The notes under the pieces: generated by a model | The model's database searches: none | What the model was told of the DNA's origin: nothing | What the model saw: only the letters and a program-made list of their open reading frames with translations | In this document: positions 42,361 through 56,222 of the stretch, piece by piece | Position numbering within the stretch: the stretch's first letter is position 1 | Layout of the letters: each line of letters starts with the position of its first letter | Translations under genes and position numbers: made by a program | From: Octopus vulgaris | Taxonomy: Eukaryota | Direction of reading: 5' to 3' | DNA: 64,000 nucleotides | NCBI GenBank assembly: GCA_951406725.2 | Contig: OX597815.1 | Location: 138,880,001 to 138,944,000, forward strand

Positions 42361-42426
42361 ACCACCTGATGAATGACTGTAACTCGAAAATTTAAAGAAA
42401 TTAACAGCCATGAAACGATCGTAGTG
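42361..42426 (+). ncRNA. Hammerhead ribozyme motif (plus-strand copy)
   Basis: ACCAC-CTGATGA-ATGACTGT...ACAGCCAT-GAAAC-GATC-GTAGT; one mismatch each in stems I and II; non-canonical stem III. Confidence 0.65.
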
Positions 42427-42636
42427 TTATATTAATTATATTTTTTTAATAATTTTGTTATATATTTAAATAATATAAATAAAATAATCTTATGTATTGG
42501 CTTAAGTTTTTCATTGTATGATTTGCCTAACAGTGGTTTCATCTCTAATTTAATATAATATAATATTTTGCTATAAAATTGGATTCAATCCTAAATCTGA
42601 TTTTCCCCTGTAAGTTTGGATTTATTCCCTAATATT

Positions 42637-42687
<51 letters not shown>

Positions 42688-42691
<4 letters not shown>

Positions 42692-43372
42692 ATTTATAAC
42701 CAAAAGACACAAATGCAAACTTCACTAAAAGTAACTAACGGTGCAAATCAGCACTAGTATTGCTAGAAATAAGAGCCAAAACAACTCTTAGCCACGAATA
42801 GAGCATTTTCTGTTCAACAGAGCACTAGCCATAGACTGACAAGGGAGAGAATTTCCTCACCGCAAGAGAAGGCGTCAGTTCTGCCGGCCGATTTCGAATC
42901 CTTATCGGCCACGCTACTCCATTGCCTAGTGTTAAGCTAGCCCCACTTGTCAGTTTATAGAAAATACGATAGGAGTTAATGGCTGATTCCCTATGATGGC
43001 AAAGCGAAAATTATAAATTATTAAAGTGCTTAGACTCAATTTAAAACTAAACGGCACTAATATAATTGTCACTAAAATTAAGAGCCAAAACAACACATAG
43101 CCATAAACAGAACGTTTTTTGTCCAATAGTGTACTATCCATAAAGTGATAACGAAGACATAACCCTATCTATTCGAATTCGGTAAGCCGCTCTGGCGCCC
43201 TCTCTTGCTGTGGGGAGAGTGTCTCTCTTGTCAGTGTATGGATAGTACTCTGTTGAACAGAATTCGCTCTTTTCGTGTCTAAGAGTTGATTTGACTTTTA
43301 TTTCTAGCAATGCTGGGGTTGACGTTCACCCTTCATCACATTGCATTTGTGTCTTTTGGTTTTAAATGTCGT
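42688..43372. mobile_element. Long-TIR MITE (~685 bp, ~200-bp diverged TIRs)
   Basis: AACCAAAAGACACAAATGCAA..TTGCTAGAAATAA..CTGTTCAACAGAG..CTGACAAG mirrored at 43171-43365. Confidence 0.8.
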
Positions 43373-44018
43373 TAAGCCACTTTAATAATTTATGATTATT
43401 AAAGTATTCTGCAGAAAATAAAGGAATTCTCGAACGCAGGAGGCCGACAATCGGGAAAATACCCTTTATAAATTTTTTTTACAAAATGTTCTCAGGCATA
43501 CATACATACATACACACATATATGTATGCATGTATATATATATATATATAAGTAAAGGGCAGTTGGATACACAAAAGCCAAGGTGTGGTGGTGGAGAATA
43601 CGGATATATATATATATATATATACACATTGTCAAAGACGGTGAAGGTGAGTGACGCATTTATAGTGATGGTAAGGTACTAGCGGTGATTGAGAAGAGTT
43701 ACTGTCATTAAAATCACGTGGTGATATAACACAGATAGAGACATACATAGCTTCTGGGAAGTTACAGATAGAAAAAGATCACATCAAACAAAGAATATGA
43801 TTATTTGTAAAGTGAAATAGAATAGAAAAGAGATAAAAGAAGGAAAGTAATAGAAATAGAGGGAAGAAACAGGAAGATTGATATAAAAGATAGGAGAAAA
43901 AAATGAGTGACAAGAATAGATATAATTCAGATACACGAAAACATAGTTATCGAGATACAGAGAAATATGCACTTACACTCGGTTGTATGTAAAATACAAA
44001 TATAATATAATATAATAT

Positions 44019-44051
<33 letters not shown>

Positions 44052-44396
44052 ATGTCTGTGTGTGTGTGTGTGTGTGTGTAGTTGTGCATATATATGCGTA
44101 AGTGCATGTATATGTATATATATACACACATACATCTAAAAATATAGAAACATGCATATATTAATGTGTAGACTATATGAACGAAGTGAATGCTGAGCTA
44201 GAGATACAAAAAAAACAAACATGCGTGTGCGTCTGTATTTCTGTGTGCGCGTATGGTGGGTGTGGCTGACTAGATCATTTATGTATTTATTCATAGAAGT
44301 ATGGTAGCAACTCTGTAAGACCCATGTACAAGGATGCTTGCATAATATAAGTATACATGTGTGCGTGAATGAATAGATGTTGGATTTTGTTTGAGG

Positions 44397-44433
<37 letters not shown>

Positions 44434-47400
44434 TACACACACACACACATACAGGCACATACACACATACATACACACGCGCACACACAAAGTTATGAAC
44501 CTAATTTAATAGAATAAACTTTAGAAACAATAAATTTACATTTAAAATACTCTCACATCTATTAATATCATCAACCGCTCATTTTCGTGGGATTCCAACT
44601 CGTGAACTGTTATCACGTAATTCTTGCTGTATTCTGTAGAGAATGTTAATATGTTCCATGTCGTCTGTGTTTCATTATCATAGCAGGTATCACGTAATGT
44701 TTAAACAGCTATACTATCGCCTACGATTTAAAGCAGAGATTCAGATAAATCTATTTAAAATTTCAATAGCCGAAGGCAGTAGGTCATAGAAAGAAGCATA
44801 TGTAAGACATGTGCAGACATGATGCTGTTGAGAATTGTGAACTTTGTGTTTCAATTGACATTCAAGTCACATATACTCGAGGCTTGGCTTCAGTAATCAG
44901 ATATTTGGTAACCAGTAAGCTTCTATAAACTTCAAAGTCACTGATTGAATATTTTTAATGCTAACTATTTTGGGAATTTTTTTAACTAATAAATTTTTGT
45001 CTCGAACGTTTTGATTACTGCACTACATTGAAAATCTGTCTGGTTTCCATGTTATTTTATTTAATCGATAAAATACTGCAAATCATATTTTCGGTGTTTC
45101 TTTACTTGTACATCGAAAGCAATTTATATCGTATTATGTGATAATATTTGCTGTTATTGCAAGTTAAACCGTTCAGATGTAAAATACAAGATTGAAGCTT
45201 CTCCTAAGATATCAATAACGAAATTTAAAAAGAAAAGTAATATGTCAAAACGCAATTTGGTAACTGACATGTTGCTCAACAAAACAACTGATTATCTAAG
45301 AGAAATTTAACTGTTTTCTTTTTTTCATGCTTATAGCTAATGACACGCGTTTTGCTTATTTTTGTCAAAATCTATTTCATGAAAACATTTCGAAATTTCC
45401 CATTGCATTGCAGTTATCAGGAAATACATAGATTTTACTTTCTGCTAGTTTGTAGATATATTCAAAGTTATAGGAACAGTATATTTGTAATCATGCGGTG
45501 TATGAATGTATTATATAATAAAAGGTATCTATAAGTAAAAGTTGAATAAGTAAATAAAACAAACGGCGACATTTTCTTGAGATTAGTGCTCAACTCTACT
45601 ACAAAATAATTACCGAATTACAGAAAATGACGTCTGAGAGCGAAATTTTGAAATCTATTTGCGAATATATTTCAGTTGCAAACCCTAAGTAATGGCAAAT
45701 CTGTGTGATAAATAGATCGAAGTACGTTAAACTCTCTAAGTGACAACATATATCAGAAAAATGATTTTCTACTTATGTGCGAATTCTTTTTGATGATTGT
45801 GTAAAACACTTATAAATATAGTAAATTAGATAATGATATTTACTGGTAATGAAACACTATATTCATACTGTGTAATCATATTCTGAATGAACGCTTACTG
45901 AACAGAAATCTGTGGGTATGAAACGTAAAGCAACATTTCGAATGGAGGTAAATTTAATTCCTATTAATAAAATTCGCCCAACAATGATGGGCCCCATCTA
46001 TAAAACGTGAAACTTACCATAAGATATGAAGCTTATTGAAGTGGGGTTTCATTTACAAATTTAGGATTTCAAGGACATTTAGAGTAATATATTTGAGGAA
46101 AACCTAGGTTCACTTTAAACATAGACATTCACCCATAGAAATGAAAGGATGTCGATATACTGATTGAAATTAGGTTGGATTACAAAGTAGATGCCTCAGT
46201 GGCAGAGTGTTAACACCCTATCTTCGTATATCCAGACAGAGCAGGGTGGAATTCGAAAAAGATTTGTCTTAGTAATATTGTTTCCTCTCTGATCTCAAAT
46301 CTGTCTTTCTGTTTTAAGTGTGATTTTCATAGCACAAGATATAATATGAATTGTTAGGGTTTGCAGGTCGAATTTGAGTGTATTCTTCAAAAACTTTATG
46401 CTATTTCTATCATAGTCCATCACCTCCTTTAACACCGTCACCTGATCCTACTTTAGTGAGTACTGTCATAAGATCTTCAAAATGGTAATAAGCATTTCCT
46501 CTTTCTCTTTTGAAAATTTCAGCAAATAGTTTTAAAATCTGTTTAAAAGTTACACTTTTTGTACAAAATCGTTACCTTTAAACTGAGGTGACCTCATCTA
46601 TAGTAGGTAAAATTAATGCTTAAAAAACCGCATCATATGTCGTTCTGGAATGAACATTTCCTCTTTTTTTAAATTAATTAGTTCCGTTTACATTTCTCCA
46701 AACATTTATCTTGGTATTTGACAATTTCAGTCCTAATCGAAAATCACCATACTTGCTGAAAGATCTTCTACACAAATATATATATTATAACTAAAATGTA
46801 TCTCAGAACACTTTGTTGTTAAAAAAATATATTTATATAGAACACAGTATAATTCAAATTAACTGAAATTTGAAGACGGTTAACTCTCCTCTAATATATT
46901 CGAAAGCATTACACATTTTCAGATGGTATGAAAACATCACGAAGCTTTCTTCAGTAAAGGAAAACATAAATGAGAATCTTCTTAATAAGGTGTTCCGGAA
47001 TAAGTGTTATATTTCAAAGATGTTTAAATATTCTTTGGCTGAGCTGTGAACTTTGAACTCTAAATTGCTATCTGGTATATATACATACGTACGTACACAC
47101 ATACACACACACAAACACAGACACACACATATATATATGCATATATATAATAGGTTTCTCGGATAAAAGATTAATAACTTGATTTGTTTATAGCACACTA
47201 GTCAATTATTTATCAAATTAAATAATACATATTTATATAGGAAACAGCAAAAGTCAGCATGAAACCATTCTACTTATGTTCCATTTCGTCGATCATGCAC
47301 TGACACGATGCTGGCAGTAGCATGAAACTGCATTTGCTTGCAAAAAAAAAATTATAAAAAGTTTAAAATAAAACTAAAAAAAGTTATTGCTATTTAAAAA

Positions 47401-47575
47401 CATTTCTTTCTCAACCACTTTTCATGTTGGATCTGAATCCCTTCTAATAGGAACTGTACTATTATACACACATACATACGCGCAAGCACACATATACATA
47501 CTCTTACACGTATATGTATATGTATCGATGTCTCTCTCTCCCCCGCATCTCTTTCTCTCTCTCTGTCTCTCTATA

Positions 47576-47618
<43 letters not shown>

Positions 47619-47651
47619 CAATACAAACACTCATATACTTATTCATGTATG

Positions 47652-47694
<43 letters not shown>

Positions 47695-47748
47695 GATACA
47701 CAGACACACACACACATATATAAATGTATGATATATATATATATATTA

Positions 47749-47814
<66 letters not shown>

Positions 47815-48547
47815 TGTATATATTCAGTCATATAAACACATGCTCATACGATATATGTAGACACGCACTCAGACGCACGTACACACAGACAGACAGACAT
47901 ACGCTCTCACACACTCGCCTCGCTCACACACTCACATAATATACATATAAGCATGCATACATCTACATATGTATATCCAATTAAAACTTTGCATTTGTTA
48001 AATTGCACTTTCTTTTTGTGGTGAACACAACGGAATTGTCCAAATTTAATTTACCTACTGGAATCTACTCTCGTGTATCACGTGAGTGCTTTATTGCCAA
48101 CATCCTTTCATGTGCCAATTTTCATCAAAATCGCAATATGCAAAAACATTGGTTTTAAGTTATTACAATTATATCCAATTAAATAAACAGCCAAGAGCTC
48201 CAGGGTGTCTTAATTCTGCTTTCCTAACTAAAATCGAAGCCAAACAATTGATCTTATTCCTGTTTCCATGTTTTAAATTGAACTGGAAAATGAGACTAAG
48301 ATTTTTCTATAGTACGTTTTCTTTAATTATTCAAGGCAAAGTTCATCGAACGTGCCAAAATATTTGGGAATTCTTATAACTTATTAACTCTTACTAGATA
48401 TAATTTTGACTTTCGTATTTCTGGAATAGTGAAATATCTAATTCAAAACCTGTTGGACGAAAGATAAGCCATTTATATAAGAGAATGATAATTATTTTAG
48501 GAGACGAAATTCTAACAAGGAGATAAGCGAACTTTTTTGAAACAAAT

Positions 48548-48579
<32 letters not shown>

Positions 48580-48659
48580 TGTATGTATGTATGTATGTAT
48601 GTATGTATGTATGTATGTATGTATGTATGTATGCCTTCATCGCATTTTACACATTAAAG

Positions 48660-48885
48660 GGAGCTCTTTTACTTCAAACACAGATGTTCTTGTATCTGCA
48701 CGCGTCACCTCAATTAAAGCTATTATTTTGAGAAACCAAATGAGATGGTGTGGCCATATTGTTCGAATGGGGGATGAACGCACGCCCAAACAGCTGTTTC
48801 ATGGTGAGCTTGCAGAGGGGAATCGCTATCGGCGAAAACCTAAAAAAAAGGTTTATGGACAGCATAAGGACTTCTATGAAGCCAC
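48660..48885 (+). mobile_element. RTE LINE fragment
   Basis: LRNQMRWCGHIVRMGDERTPKQLFHGELAEG..KPKKRFMDS. Confidence 0.85.
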
Positions 48886-48958
48886 TTCCAAGAGTCTTTC
48901 TCTCTGGATCCTTTCTTTTGCTGGGCCCAAAGCGCCTTTGCGTACCCATGGAAAACGA

Positions 48959-49000
<42 letters not shown>

Positions 49001-49001
<1 letters not shown>

Positions 49002-49392
49002 ACCACTTACAATTAGGCGGTTAATATTTAAGACCAAATCACATGTTAATTATGATCAATTAATAAAACTCACAACTTGCCACAGTAGACTAAATATGCT
49101 CAATAAACATTACATAATCATTAAAGTTACATAGTCCCTGTCTTTCTATAAACAATTTAAAATCTTAAAATTGTTTATATAATGGTAGGAACTATCTAGA
49201 TTTAATTATTATGTAATTCTTATTAAGCATATTTAGTATACTGTGGCAACTTGTGAGTTTTATTAATTGATAATTGATTAATTGATAACATGTGATTTGG
49301 TCTTAAATATTAATCACCTAATTGTAAGTGGCTTTTTATTTGTGAATAGTAGTGTACCAGTAAGAAGGATTTTTCTTGCGAATCTGTATATA
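49001..49392. repeat. ~330-bp imperfect fold-back with asymmetric extension, beside (TA)n
   Basis: CCACTTACAATTAGG..TTAAGACCAAATCACATGTTA..AAAACTCACAA mirrored at 49250-49333; centre near 49162. Confidence 0.85.
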
Positions 49393-49869
49393 TCTAATTA
49401 TTACCACAATTTGCTATCTACGAGGTTAAGTCCAAATTCGCTGAATTACGTGTAAAGCTTGCATCCCCTTAACTATAACCCGAAGCTATTTACTCTTCGA
49501 CCATTCCCTCATGCATGTTATAACGTTGAAGTTCTGAAGGACATAAGCGGCCCTGCACCACTTATATCATTGTCTTCTCCCTCGGACCCTTTATTTTTTC
49601 TTATTCATTTTTAATGACATCTCTGTTATAACGGTTTTAACTTGTGACCTTGATTCAAATTATAACTGATAAATTGTAGAGACCGCTGGACTTAGACTTG
49701 CCCCATTGTGTACCATAGGTGGGATTCTCGGTAATATTTCCGTGAGTACACTTTCTTAAGCACTCTACGGTAATGTTTTGGATACATGCTACTTGAGTTT
49801 ACTTCGTTAGCATACTTATTGTGCAAATACAACATTGCAGAAAAATGTTTACCTGAGGTAAAGGAACCA

Positions 49870-50412
49870 CTAAAGCAAGATATCGTTGTCGAAGCACAAA
49901 GTATCTGCCGGTATGAGTAATGCGAACGTTTCTTTGAACAAAGCATACAGTTCAACTCCATCCCCAAAAAATTCTACCAGAAACTTGGCAAAAATAAAAT
50001 AGACATCAATGCAGCACCAGCAGCAGAAGTGGAAGAATTTTGGAAAGAAATATGGTCGCCGAAGGAACAACCTCAGAAAAGGTCTCTCAAAATAACGAAG
50101 TCAGCACCTGAACAACTCTGGACCCCTATAACAACTGAAGAGGTCACCCAGATAGTGCAAAAACTAAACAACTGGCAGGAACCCCGGCACGATAAGATTT
50201 CCAACTTCTAGCTAAAATATCTGACAGGAACACACAAAAAGCTGGCTGAGAAATTTAATGACATACTAGTAGAGGCAGAGACAATGCCTGAATGGCTCAC
50301 AAAAGGGAAAAACTACTCTAATTCTCAAATCCACTGAAACGGCAAACCCACGAAATTACAGACCAATAACTTGTCTCCCTACATTTTACAAAGTCTTTAC
50401 TGCAATAATATC
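49870..50412 (+). mobile_element. R4/Dong LINE fragment (pre-RT and RT start)
   Basis: EEFWKEIWS..ITTEEVTQIVQKLNNWQEP..MPEWLTKGKT..NPRNYRPITCLPTFYKVFTAII. Confidence 0.9.
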
Positions 50413-50529
50413 GAACTTGAACTCAGAAAGTAGCGACGGGCGAAATGCCACTAAACATTTTGTCCAGCGTGCTAACGATTCTACCGCCTTGATAACTCAC
50501 TACCTTACTACTACTACAGATGTTGTTGA

Positions 50530-50597
<68 letters not shown>

Positions 50598-51974
50598 TTA
50601 ATAATAATAATATCAGTTGTAATTGCAGCAGTTTTTGTTATATACCTTGTTTCCAGATTACTGAGTAAATTTGCATATATGAACGTTCATTATATCCTAA
50701 CAGTTTTACGAGCAGTGTTTAAGATTTCTACATTTCTTTCTTTTGTTTTTGGATCTAATCAGCGACACAATGTATCTAATAGATTTTTAGACCAGAGTTA
50801 GTGAACCAACAATGATCGATTGAAAGACAACGGCTGCGTTTTATTCCACCTCGTAATCATGCTAAACCTCAATTCAGTTATCACATTGATAGTTTTCACG
50901 TTCACACACATGCAACAGACATGATCAAATTAATCTATCTGTGATCTCTACATAATTTATTCCTGTGAAATGCACATATCTGTCGGTTTGCATGAAAAAT
51001 ATCATGGACTTTGGAGGAAATTTGGCTGCTGTTTGTGGCACAATTTTCAACCACGTAGACGCGAGCACGTGATGCAATAATCCGTATTATTTATATGCAT
51101 GACGCAATGAAACTTTCTTATAATCGTTAATTTCTGAGTATCTATAGATTGACTAAGTCCTTTCCTCCCCACTCAAATCACTTAAATAATAAAGATTATA
51201 GCAAAGAAAGAATTATAATTAATAACTTGATAAGAGATAACACATGAGGGTACAAATACATACGAATACAAAAGGATTTCTTCATTTATTGCATTTCAAA
51301 TTTATGTTTTACATGTAAATAAAAATATTAGTGTTCGGGCTCTGGAGATATCAATGATTTATATGAGTGTTAAGGTAATAAATTACTTGATAGTGTTATG
51401 GATATCCATTTTAAAACAGTACCAGTGGCCATAATATAACTGTCAATATGGTGATGCAGAATTTATTGTCTCTATATTTAATAAATCATGTGAGGAAGTA
51501 AGTAGTAAATCGAAGCTATTTCACATATGAACAAAAAATGTACGATACCGATGCACATCAGTAAAATTTTAACTTCTTCTTGTCGGTACAGAGAAAGTGA
51601 GGAAGAGAGAGAGAGACATTAAAAGAGAGGGAGGAGAGAGGAAATTTTATATCTTTTCCGCTTCATACACACACACACACTGGCACAATACACATACAGA
51701 TATGCTTTTTAAGCATATGTATGTGTGTGTGTGTGTGTGTGTGTATGGCCGGTCAGAGAGTGACCATTGGTTTTGGGACTATAAAGCGCCTAGCTGAATA
51801 CCCGATTCGCCAGACTTATATGGAGGGAAGAAAACGTCAAGGTCAATTAATTTCATAAACACAAAAAATTCCGGATCGAAAGTCTTCTGGCGAAGCCTTG
51901 AGCGAGGCGTGTTTATCTCCCTTTGACCACTCGAAACTGGTAGCATTTTTTTTTTTATGCGGCAAATGGTAAGC

Positions 51975-52770
51975 TCTATGTTTTCCCCATGAATTTTCTC
52001 TGATGAGGGCACTGACTAAACATCTGTACTTTTGATTTTAAAAAGGACTATGGATTGAGTGTATTTTTCAAGATTCTTACTCTTTCAACCAAACAGAACT
52101 GACATCGTTTGCTCCCTTTGATATATAGTCCCGGTTGTTCTCGGAGCCTCAATTTAAATGCCATATATAGCTGGCCAGAGACGTGATGTTGTGCTTCCCT
52201 GGTATCCTAAAAGAGGACCTGCAGTTGCTCAGATGACACTTGAAAGGCGGCCTGTAAATCCGACACATTTCGTGTCTGTGCTCTTTTGCTGGTAGTGTTA
52301 AAGCTGATGGTGATACTGTTATTATCGCCGCCAATTTTGCTGTCACTGTTGCGCTCGTTGCTGGTGCCGCTGTTGCTGTTAGCACTTCCACTGGTGCTGT
52401 TGCTGGTATCATCGCCGTTGTTGCTGTCGTTGCTGGATGCAACCTTGGTGCCGCGGTTACTGCCAACAAGGCCACTATTGCTACCACTCCAGGACGCATT
52501 GCTGGTGCTTTTATTGCTGTTAGTATTGGTGTCGTAGCTGCTGCACTTGACGGGCTGCGTCAATACCAACGTCGTCATCGCCCCCGTTGTAATTTCAGTC
52601 GCTGTTGTTATCGGCTGGCCTGTGTTCGGTGCCCTTGCTGCTGTTGTAACCAAATCTGCCACTGCAGTCACCGGCGCCAGTCGCCACCTCAAACTCGTAC
52701 ACTACACATTCGCGTCGCCTATGCACAAATTAAGCAATACTGCGCCTAATTGATGAGAAAACAAATGGTC
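51975..52770 (-). mobile_element. Decayed Penelope-like GIY-YIG endonuclease region
   Basis: ECVVYEFEV (GIY; 52697-52705), KCVGFTG (YIG; 52259-52267), PFKCHLSNCRSSFR..TSLASYIWHL, KGSKRCQFCLVER and QCPHQRKF; frameshifts and stops. Confidence 0.8.
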
Positions 52771-52790
52771 TACTACTTCAATGTTCTATA

Positions 52791-52827
<37 letters not shown>

Positions 52828-52887
52828 CTTATATACATTACAACCCACCACGTGGGGATAATCGAAATTCCTCTTTTCTGTTACTAC

Positions 52888-52926
<39 letters not shown>

Positions 52927-54956
52927 CCACCATGTGTCATAGTAATGTATATACAGCATTGACAGGAAACCTGTGATGGTTTTCGCCTGAGATAAAATCT
53001 GCTATAGATGTGCTGTGTTGAAAAGCATAATATATATCAGAGGGAGAGGAAGCAACTTCCTAGTAGTGGGTATCATGAACAACAGATGCATTTCGGCCTT
53101 GTTAGGACTTATGAATGACGTGTAGTCAGAACCTCGCCTTGACAAAATCTGTAGTCTGTGATAGAGGAATGTGGTGAATAATATATAGTCTAGTATTGCG
53201 ATTAGATGCCAAGCTGAATAAATTATTGGTGTATGCAATTAATGCAGTTTTAGATTCAAATATCTTCCTATGTATCGTATTTAAAATAGACAATACATGG
53301 GCAAATTGCTACAGCTTTGATCCAAGATGAAATCTTTATTGGACGTACTGTAATTAAAAACGTAATATATATATCAGTAGAAGAGGAAATAAAACCGTAG
53401 TAACTTGACACATATATAGATTAAGAATGTGTGTGTGTGTTTACATATCATATACATCGCTGGGATAGTAAATATATGCAGACAAGTTATTGAAGTGAGG
53501 GTAGTTGCCAAAACAATTGAATATTGCACGACATTACAAAGGGCAGCAGAATAATTACTTTTGGATTTCCTGCTTCCTCGATTGCGTTTTGTTCCACTGA
53601 CGGAAAATACATGAAAGGACTGTGTATAATTAAAAGACGTATCTAACACATGGAGAACTGAAATCTTAAATCTAGAGTCACACGCTGTTATTCATTTTAC
53701 TGTTTGTGCATATGGCTTTTGTTTTTGAAACATATTTATGTTTGATTTTACACATTTTTATTTCCATCTCAGACATAAAGCACCATTCTGAGGTGAGAAT
53801 ATATACATAAATAATATAAAAGCATTTTAAATGCTTTGAGAATCAATTTAATACACATATACACACATACACACAGAAACATAAATACGCAGACACACAC
53901 CCATTTGCACACGCATTATTTAACGAGATATCTTTTCAGGCGGTGAGCTGTGCCATGGAGGTGATTTGGTTGCTATTTGTAACAGTTCGTTCGGCTCTAT
54001 GTGGGTTCTCACATTAGTTCGAGTAGAAGTATATTTAAAAAAAGATAAATATAAAAGAAGCAAATGAGCTGAAAGAAGTGAAACCGAGCCAAAAGTGCGA
54101 ATGACTTCAGTGTAAAATGTATTTAATATAACTTATAATAATGGGATACGTGTAGCAGATGTTGAAGTTGGAAAGCGAAGAAATTACTCCGAACATCGCG
54201 AATGAATCAATAAAGAATTCAGTAAAGCAAACCATAAGCCTTTGTTGCATTTCTGAATGAAAGCAAGGTAATTTATAAAAGACATCTAGGACACGTGATA
54301 CAACACCTGCTAATGGCTTGCGAAATAGAAATTATGCCAATTAACAGAATTTATGATCTGGAACTATGCAGCTTTAACACTTTGATAATTTCTTTTATCA
54401 AGTATTTAATTCGCAGAAAAATGGTGTTAAAATCGTTGATGTTATTCCCTGGGTTTAATAATACATTTGTAAATCATTACGATAAACTCAACTAATAGTT
54501 ATTCCACAAGAACATGTAATGCTCATGTGTTTAAAGTTGATTATTTCGTTCTATTCGAACAATTTTCTACCTCCTTAGTCTTGGACAACGTGCATTTCAA
54601 ACCCTTATTTCGAAACACACGTGGTCGTAGACTTCATAATATTTTTGTGTTCTCTCCCACCGATCTCTTTATTGATACAGTAAAACTTGCATCAATCACC
54701 TCTTTTGCGCAGAGTCAGAATGATTGTCAAATCTCTGCAAAACTTATGTTAGACACGAAATAAAATACTACTCCCATATCTCGAGCGGGATTATTAACTC
54801 ATTGCATGTAGATCAAGGATAAGCATCATAATCGAGTCCATGAGACTGTCATGCACTTTATTGATAAAGATCTCTCAACATTACAGTCCGGCATCTAATC
54901 TTCAGATGAAAACACACTGCACTCTGCTGCAACCGTAGTTGCTTTCGCTGCTGCTG

Positions 54957-54998
<42 letters not shown>

Positions 54999-56019
54999 AT
55001 TTTATGAACTGCCATGTTACATGCAACTTCCCTTTGGGGCCGCTCGGCACAACCCTCTGCCCTCCTTTTGTTAGACATAATTAGAACCTTGCACTAATCA
55101 CAAACCTATTCTTCTTTCTCAGAAGTCAATTCCCTTGAGGCTCATCCCGCTTATTTTTAATTTGTCCATTCCGTTAAATTACCGTTCTGTAACCAAAGCG
55201 TCAACCACATGAATCTCACCAGCTGCTGAAAACAAGTAAATTCCACAGGCAGAACTTTTTTCTGCACCATCAAAACCATTAAAAATAATTTATACTGATA
55301 CAGTCCGCTTAAAGAAGTGACATCTAGTCTATTCATAGCTAAATATTTTGCGTTCTTCTCCCATTAATTTACCAAAATTATATTAATCATAGACATTCCG
55401 TCACAATGCACACGAAACCATAAGAACTCACATAAATCTTATATTCGATACATTTCAAGAATTTTGAGTTATAATGAATATTGTATGAAAACATAATTTC
55501 AGCAAACCGTGATAAATTGATGAAGTCCTAACTAAACATAGCTTTAGCGCAGGATCTATTTCCAGTACGATTGTAAATAAATTCTATACGTATCTAATAA
55601 TATCGTTGATATAGAACCAACTCCCCACCTACTCACTGAACAAACAATGTAACCGTAATTGCTATGTTTATAATTGACAGTAATTCAAAGTAGTTCATCT
55701 TTTTTTTTTTTTTCGTTTTAAACAGTGTATTTCATGCACTTCATAGTATCAATACTTTCATAAAAGACTCATTTTCAAACACAAAAGTGTGGAATGACAA
55801 TAAACTTTAGAAAATATCAATAGACGTAAATATGTGCGAAAGTATGAGAAGAATTCACGTTTTGATTCTGTGTTATGAAGCAGTTTCTATTTGTATACAA
55901 ATATGATTAAAAATATATCAGCTCGTTGTTTAATTTGAGTATGCTCTAAAACTATTAAACACGCGCACTTGCGCTCGCAGACATAAATAAGTGATACGAA
56001 AATGAACTAAGACAAAGTT

Positions 56020-56222
56020 TTGATTTCCAATTTTAACACAAGATCAGCAATATCGGGGGAAGAGTTAAGTGAATTACATCGACCGCAGGGTTCAAATGGT
56101 ACCCAATTGAACGTCTTCGAAATGATGAAAGCAACGTCATCCTCGGCGGAATTTGAGCTTAGATCGCTTAGGCTGAGCGAAATGCTGATAAGCTTCTTGC
56201 TAACGATTCTGCTAGCTTGCAG
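56020..56222 (-). mobile_element. SINE family B (decayed)
   Basis: Reverse complement GCTAGCAGAATCGTTAGCA...GCTCAAATTCCGCCGAGG matches 16330-16537. Confidence 0.7.

Larger units (their letters stand above)
42131..42640. mobile_element. PLE inverted pLTR fold-back inserted in (TA)n
   Basis: Arms 42131-42333 and 42359-42560 are near-perfect inverted repeats; the right arm extends ~80 bp further; both sides end in (TA)n. Confidence 0.85.

Noticed and set aside
52000-52015. CTGATGAG hammerhead core
   Set aside because: No stem II or GAAA; it is the antisense of the CPHQR codons.
52207-52692. Host low-complexity protein exon
   Set aside because: Flanked by GIY-YIG motifs in shifted frames; better explained as part of a Penelope element.
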